A DNA stretch of 64,000 bases. Origin: Streptococcaceae bacterium. GTDB taxonomy: Bacteria; Bacillota; Bacilli; Lactobacillales; Streptococcaceae. Each line of letters begins with the position of its first letter. Within the stretch, counting starts at the first letter, position 1. The notes under the pieces were generated by a model. It did not search any database. It was not told the DNA's origin and saw only the letters and a list, made by a program, of their open reading frames with translations. Both the position numbers and the translations under genes were made by a program. Location: NCBI GenBank assembly GCA_031269775.1, contig JAISYQ010000004.1:4102-68101 (forward strand), written 5' to 3'. Positions 59,043 to 64,000 of the stretch are shown here, piece by piece.

Positions 59043-59645
59043 ATGTTTTATGCAGTTTTGCGTGATATTGTAGCAGCTTTGTTGTGGATTTTTAATGGCA
59101 ATATTCACTTTGCTAATAGGGAAAAAATCCCCAATGATGAAAATTATATTTTAGTTGCTCCTCATCGTTCTTTATTTGACCCAGTGTTTATGGCTATTGG
59201 TGCTAGACCTAAGCGTTTTATTTTTATGGCAAAAAAGGAATTGTTTATCCCTGTTTTTAGCTTTATAGTTCGTCGTTGTGGAGCGTTTCCGATTGATCGC
59301 ACAAATCCGGGATCTGATGTCTTAAAAATCCCAATTAAAGAACTAAAGTCTTCAAATAAAAGCTTAGTTATGTTTCCTACTGGAACACGTTATTCTAATA
59401 CGTTAAAAGGCGGTGTAGCAGTGATTGCCAAGATGGCAAAAGTGCGGATTGTCCCCGTTGTTTATCAAGGTCCGTTAACATTCGGGCAACTTTTTTTACG
59501 AAGACGCATTGATGTCCGGTATGGAGATCCAATTAATATTTCTGATATTAAAAAAATGAATAGTGAAGGAATTGCAGAAGTTGCTAAAAGAATTCAAACT
59601 GCTTTTGATCAATTGAATAATGAGATTAATTTGAGTAGGAACTAA
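59043..59645 (+). CDS. plsC: 1-acyl-sn-glycerol-3-phosphate acyltransferase-like
   Basis: HX4D motif (APHRSLFDP), ...FMAKKEL... and ...FPTGTR... Confidence 0.75.
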   Translation: MFYAVLRDIVAALLWIFNGNIHFANREKIPNDENYILVAPHRSLFDPVFMAIGARPKRFIFMAKKELFIPVFSFIVRRCGAFPIDRTNPGSDVLKIPIKELKSSNKSLVMFPTGTRYSNTLKGGVAVIAKMAKVRIVPVVYQGPLTFGQLFLRRRIDVRYGDPINISDIKKMNSEGIAEVAKRIQTAFDQLNNEINLSRN

Positions 59646-59653
59646 TTTTTTTA

Positions 59654-59872
59654 TTATTTCAAAATTTTTTGTTTTTTTCGTTCTTCTTCCAGCAACTGTT
59701 GATCAATTATCCTTTTTTTATTTATTTCAGGTAAGTCAATTTTCGAAGCTTCTTTACGTTCACCTTTTTCATTATGTTTTTTTGTATTTGGATCATCTAA
59801 TTTATTAGGATCAGCAGCAAATTTTTTAAAAAGTTTATCTAAAGTATCTTTACGTCCATGTATCAATCCCAT
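59654..59872 (-). CDS. Small Lys/Glu-rich hypothetical protein
   Basis: 72-codon ORF with no hydrophobic segment and low-complexity charged composition. Confidence 0.3.
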   Translation of the reverse strand: MGLIHGRKDTLDKLFKKFAADPNKLDDPNTKKHNEKGERKEASKIDLPEINKKRIIDQQLLEEERKKQKILK

Positions 59873-59983
59873 AATTTATTCACCTCTTTTTTGTATTGTT
59901 AGTATATCATCGATAAAAAGATTTTTCATTTTACTTTTGGGAGGATAAATCATCTCAAACAAAATTCCATAAAATAATAAAAC

Positions 59984-60559
59984 ATGTTTATAATCTATAA
60001 ACATGTTATACTCCAATCAAAAAAAGATGAAGTAATAAGTTGTAAAGGAGGCGCCTTTGTGGAAGCTGCATTAATTGATTTAGTCGTGAATCGTGTGATT
60101 GAAGAGTATGTAGATGAATCAAAATTTTATAAAAATCAGTTGAATTTGACGAAAGAAGAATGGGAAGCTTGGAAAAATAATGAGTTTGTTTTATCGGAAT
60201 TTGCAAATCAACAGTTGATTTTTCTTTTTTCTGATTATGAATGGATGCTAGTGCAAAGAGTAATTCGTCTAACCAAAATGATTCCTGAAAAAGAGCAACA
60301 AGCAGTTTTAGAATACCGGAAAATGAGTGCTGCTATTGCAAAAAAATGGATAAATTCTGATTTAGCTAATATTGAAATTGTTGAGAAGATGTATAATAAA
60401 AAGGACTTAGAAAAGTATATACAGGTAAAAGTTGTTATGGATTATAATGTTTGGAGCTATAGTGATATTCTCTCCTTTACCTTTCCTGCGATTGATCGTA
60501 TGCGTGTAACTAGTTCTAAACAAGAGTTGATTCAGTTAATGACAGATACTTATGAATAG
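59984..60559 (+). CDS. Hypothetical protein
   Basis: 191-codon ORF; the start is uncertain (internal GTG near 60059 is possible). No recognisable motif. Confidence 0.4.
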   Translation: MFIIYKHVILQSKKDEVISCKGGAFVEAALIDLVVNRVIEEYVDESKFYKNQLNLTKEEWEAWKNNEFVLSEFANQQLIFLFSDYEWMLVQRVIRLTKMIPEKEQQAVLEYRKMSAAIAKKWINSDLANIEIVEKMYNKKDLEKYIQVKVVMDYNVWSYSDILSFTFPAIDRMRVTSSKQELIQLMTDTYE

Positions 60560-60573
60560 AGAGTAGGATTTTT

Positions 60574-61344
60574 TTGCGTAAAATATTGATCTATGTAGCT
60601 ATGATTTTTTTAGTGATTATGGTTGTGTACGGACTCTTTTTTTCTTTTGATAAAAAACAAACAGAGCAAAAAGTTGCTATCTTACCTAAGATTTCATCTA
60701 TTAAAAAGAAAGTTTCTGATCATTTAAAAAATTTTCCTAATGTTTATTCAACAGATTGGAATTTGCAATTGGTAAATAGTGAGCATGAAGTTTCAGATCA
60801 AGAAATTAATTTAGAGGTAATTCAGGGAAATTTTCAATTAGATGCTAGGATTATAGAAAAAACTGAGAAGCTTTTAGAGGCAGCGAAGAAGGCAGGTATA
60901 CCGCTTCAAATATTATCTGCTTATCGGACAATTTCTTATCAAGAGCAATTAGTAAAAAAAGATATTTATCAAAATATTGCTAAAGGGATGACAGAAGAAG
61001 AAGCTAAGCAACAAACTTATCGCTTGCTAAGTAAGCCAGGTCATTCAGAGCACCATTTAGGACTAGCTATTGATGTTGTAGATCAGGACTATTATCAACA
61101 GCATGGTGCTCAACTGTTGCCAGAGATTGTTTCTACATCAAAAGGAGCGTTATGGCTAAAGGAAAATGCTGCAGATTTTGGTTTTATTTTACGTTACCTT
61201 CAAGGTAAAGAGGAAATTACAAAAATTAATTACGAAGCTTGGCATTATCGTTATGTGGGAGAGGAAGTTGCAAAATATTTGATGCTTAATAGCTTGACAT
61301 TAGAAGAATTTCATAAAAAATTAGAACAATTGGGCAGGCAATAA
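60574..61344 (+). CDS. D-alanyl-D-alanine carboxypeptidase, VanY/M15B family
   Basis: N-terminal TM anchor. SAYRTISYQEQL, SEHHLGLAIDV and EAWHYRYVG zinc-peptidase motifs. Confidence 0.8.
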   Translation: MRKILIYVAMIFLVIMVVYGLFFSFDKKQTEQKVAILPKISSIKKKVSDHLKNFPNVYSTDWNLQLVNSEHEVSDQEINLEVIQGNFQLDARIIEKTEKLLEAAKKAGIPLQILSAYRTISYQEQLVKKDIYQNIAKGMTEEEAKQQTYRLLSKPGHSEHHLGLAIDVVDQDYYQQHGAQLLPEIVSTSKGALWLKENAADFGFILRYLQGKEEITKINYEAWHYRYVGEEVAKYLMLNSLTLEEFHKKLEQLGRQ

Positions 61345-61379
61345 ATAAGCTCTAAGAGTCTTTTAACGATCTTTTTATT

Positions 61380-61944
61380 GATAAGTTCCGTATTAAGATT
61401 GTTAACAGGGCATAACTTTTAGTTTTTTAGAGATTTACTGATAAGACTTTAACAAGTTCATTCCCAATTTCTTTGCAACGCTTCCAAAACTTTTAAATTG
61501 TTCTTTGTTATCAATAACTAGATCTACTTTTTAGCTCTCCTAATTGACCAATAATTTCCAAATGGCAAATTGAGCTCATTATGTTAAATCCTAGAGAAAT
61601 GAAATCTTTACTAAAAGTAATGGGAATTAGGTATGAGTTCTTCATTAACTATTAATTAAGGGAATGCTCCTGCTAAAAAATGTGAAAATTCTCCTGCGCA
61701 TAGTTCATCCTCGATGCTTTCTTTTTCTTCAAATAGGAAATTCAACGATGTCACATCTAATGACTTTTTCAAAAACTAGTAACTTAAAAACTTCTTCATA
61801 GATTTGCACTTTTGTTACACTAAAACCTGCACCCTGATAACACTCTTGAATTAATTCAGGACAAAAATAAAGAAAAGGATCCATACTGGAGTAATTTGCA
61901 AATAAAGTGCAAGCTTCATAATAGTTTTTTAAACCATTTTGCAC
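61380..61944 (-). pseudogene. Unidentified gene remnant where murD is expected
   Basis: A 71-codon ORF (61729..61944) is followed by several short out-of-frame ORF pieces. Too short to hold the ~450-codon murD that normally follows mraY. Confidence 0.25.
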
Positions 61945-61953
61945 TTTCCTTGT

Positions 61954-62937
61954 TTACAACAAATAACAAAGTGTGCTTACTGCGCCAAGCAAACCAACTA
62001 ACCAAAATAAAAAATCAACTTGCCATTCACTCCAAGCCTTACCGTAACCACTAAAACCTCCTAATTCAAAATGATGATGAATCGGTGTCATTCGAAAAAT
62101 CCGTTTCCCACCAGTTAATTTAAAGTATAATACTTGTAATATAACTGATGCTGTCTCAAATACATAAACAATTCCAATAACAAGCAAGGTCCACTCTTTA
62201 TGTAATTGAATCGAAATAGCAGCCAGTATTGCTCCTAATGCAAGAGAACCGGCATCTCCCATAAAAATTTTTGCAGGCTTTTTATTAAAGATAAAAAATC
62301 CTAACAATGCTCCAATAAGTGAAAAAATCAACATTAGCACATCTATCTGTTTCTGCCTCCAAGCAATTACGCCATATGAAGCTAACGAAATACTTACTAA
62401 AATCGAAACCAACCCATCAATTCCATCTGTTAAATTCACTGCATTGGAAAATCCAACTAACCAAAAAATAACAAAAGCTAGATAAAACCAACCCAAATTA
62501 ATATTGTCCAAATCAAATAAATTAAGCTTAAGCGGAAAATTTTCATATAATAAAATAAAGAAAAAAACAATGCTGCCAAAAATCTGACCTAAAAATTTCT
62601 GTTTTGGCTTTAAACCTTCATTTTGTTTGCAAAAAACCTTTAAAAAATCATCCAAAAAACCCAAAAAACCATATAAGAGCAAAATAAATAAAAGCGCAAT
62701 AAAATTTAAAGTAAATAAATTAAAGTAAACTGCGCTAAGTAAAGCAGAAAAAAACGCACTCACCAAAAAAACAAGCCCACCCATGGTTGGTGTCCCTAGT
62801 TTTTTAGCATGTTGCTTAACATCTTTTAGTGTGGTCTGCCCTAATTTTTTCATTTGAAAATATTTAATAAATTGCGGCATTATACCTACCACTAGCAAAA
62901 AACTTACCACAAAAGGCAAAATATATTTTTCTAACAT
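61954..62937 (-). CDS. mraY: Phospho-N-acetylmuramoyl-pentapeptide transferase
   Basis: ...GTPTMGG..F..., ...[12 protein letters not shown]..., ...[10 protein letters not shown]... and ...PIHHHFEL.G... motifs. Confidence 0.95.
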   Translation of the reverse strand: MLEKYILPFVVSFLLVVGIMPQFIKYFQMKKLGQTTLKDVKQHAKKLGTPTMGGLVFLVSAFFSALLSAVYFNLFTLNFIALLFILLLYGFLGFLDDFLKVFCKQNEGLKPKQKFLGQIFGSIVFFFILLYENFPLKLNLFDLDNINLGWFYLAFVIFWLVGFSNAVNLTDGIDGLVSILVSISLASYGVIAWRQKQIDVLMLIFSLIGALLGFFIFNKKPAKIFMGDAGSLALGAILAAISIQLHKEWTLLVIGIVYVFETASVILQVLYFKLTGGKRIFRMTPIHHHFELGGFSGYGKAWSEWQVDFLFWLVGLLGAVSTLCYLL

Positions 62938-62950
62938 TATTTTTTCGCTC

Positions 62951-64000
62951 TCATTCTAATTTTCCAAGCCTAACTTCAACTTTATCTCCTTCTTGAATAT
63001 CCAAATAAGATCCCACACTTTGCGCAGTTGCTAAATTACCTTTTCCTGAATATTTAATATTAATTTTTATTACATGCGCTAGCGTATTTATATCTTTTTT
63101 CCTCCAACCAATAATATCTGGCATTTGCATTTTGCCACTAGCTCGAAGAATAATCTTTGTATTAGGCCAAATTTTGGTTTTCACTGCAATAGACTGATTT
63201 ATAATTTTTACACCGTCTCCAATTAAAACTGGTTGTAAAATATTATATCTAGCTTCATTTTCTGCATCTCGTGGACTTTTTCCTTTATAATCTGGAACTC
63301 TTATTTTTTCTGTAGCTGTTATTTTTTTATCTTTTCTAGACTTTTTGATTCCTACATCTAACGCTTGTTTTAATAAAGGATTAGTAATTTTAGATAACAT
63401 CTCAACATCATCAGGAGAACCTGGAAGTTTAATTGTTACATATAAAATAAATTGAGGATCTTTGCTTGGGGCAATAATAGCAACAGAATGCAAATATTTT
63501 CCATTGATATAGCCTTTACCATTAGAAAGAGCCACCTGAGCTGTTCCTGTTTTAGGAGAAATATCATATCCTGGAACAGCATATAATTCTTTTTGTAAAC
63601 TATGGCTATAGCCTACCCCCCATTCATGATCTTTTACCACTTGTGTTAAATACTCACAAGTCTTTTGCGCCGTCTCTTTTGTAATAGGATAACCTACTAT
63701 TTCTTTTTCGATTTTTTTTTTAGCCTTAGTATTAGGGTTTACAATTTTTGAGATAACATGTGGCTCAAGCATTGCTCCATTATTGCCAATTGCACTCATT
63801 GCTCGCATCATCTGCATACCAGTTACATTAATACTTTGGCCAAAGGAAGACATGCTCATATCAACAGGATTCTCTGCTTTAGGTAAATTTCCATAAGATT
63901 CATAACCAAGCCCACTATTTAAAAATTGTCCAAAGCCAAAACGTTCTTGATATAAATGAAATAATTCATCGCCAACACTATCTTCTAAATAAGTCATTGC
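62951..64000 (-). CDS. pbp2B: Penicillin-binding protein 2B (FtsI-type transpeptidase with C-terminal PASTA domains), 5' end outside the window
   Basis: ...PKTGTAQ... (KTG motif) followed by two PASTA-like repeats (...VPDYKGKS... and ...MPDIIGW...). The frame is open to the window edge. Lies upstream of mraY as in dcw clusters. Confidence 0.85.
   Translation of the reverse strand, partial: AMTYLEDSVGDELFHLYQERFGFGQFLNSGLGYESYGNLPKAENPVDMSMSSFGQSINVTGMQMMRAMSAIGNNGAMLEPHVISKIVNPNTKAKKKIEKEIVGYPITKETAQKTCEYLTQVVKDHEWGVGYSHSLQKELYAVPGYDISPKTGTAQVALSNGKGYINGKYLHSVAIIAPSKDPQFILYVTIKLPGSPDDVEMLSKITNPLLKQALDVGIKKSRKDKKITATEKIRVPDYKGKSPRDAENEARYNILQPVLIGDGVKIINQSIAVKTKIWPNTKIILRASGKMQMPDIIGWRKKDINTLAHVIKINIKYSGKGNLATAQSVGSYLDIQEGDKVEVRLGKLE

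Noticed and set aside
1-64000. CRISPR arrays, rRNA genes, prophage structural genes and recognisable defence-system enzymes
   Set aside because: I saw no regularly spaced direct repeats, no rRNA-like conserved stretches and no integrase, terminase, capsid or restriction/nuclease-helicase gene sets. The only helicase-like sequence is the SNF2 pseudogene.

Overview
AT-rich chromosomal segment from a Firmicute. Gene content and local gene orders (dnaD-nth, dnaB-dnaI, tig/clpX/engB, hprK, EF-Ts of about 340 aa) suggest Lactobacillales, but this is inference only. About 45 housekeeping genes are recognisable: dus, nif3/trmK, dnaI, dnaB, nrdR, rlmN, tig, clpX, engB, a GlnQHMP-type amino-acid ABC importer, dedA, galU, hprK, nth, dnaD, a perR-like gene, brnQ, a MurJ/MOP flippase, ponA, rnpA, tsf, plsC-like, mraY and pbp2B. 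There is one tRNA-Arg(CCU). I saw no rRNA and no CRISPR array. Accessory and decaying DNA is interleaved with the core genes. (1) A two-gene module, secreted papain-fold Cys-peptidase-like protein plus exported partner, occurs twice. The copy at 18.7-20.2 kb is intact. The copy at 10.0-12.0 kb is multiply disrupted. (2) An IS5-family transposase remnant is followed by an uncharacterised operon at 15.0-18.5 kb encoding a small exported protein, three polytopic membrane proteins and an ABC ATPase. The 3' end of this operon is duplicated at 20.2-20.7 kb, so direct repeats bracket the intact peptidase module. (3) A rhamnose-glycan-type cluster lies at 20.9-25.3 kb. (4) A decayed class II lanthipeptide locus at 25.4-31.5 kb has a broken lanM, a second lanM 5' stub, a lanT 3' stub and no recognisable lanA, yet keeps an intact LanFEG-type immunity transporter. 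(5) Three secreted wall-enzyme-like proteins share a C-terminal YR(L/V)YNP...GW..EG repeat module, and a small polysaccharide locus contains a co-polymerase::phosphoglycosyltransferase fusion. At least ten gene remnants, several breaks in conserved gene orders and a family of short MITE-like inverted-repeat units point to a rearranged genome that is losing genes. All function calls come from motif and architecture recognition by eye. No database search was run.
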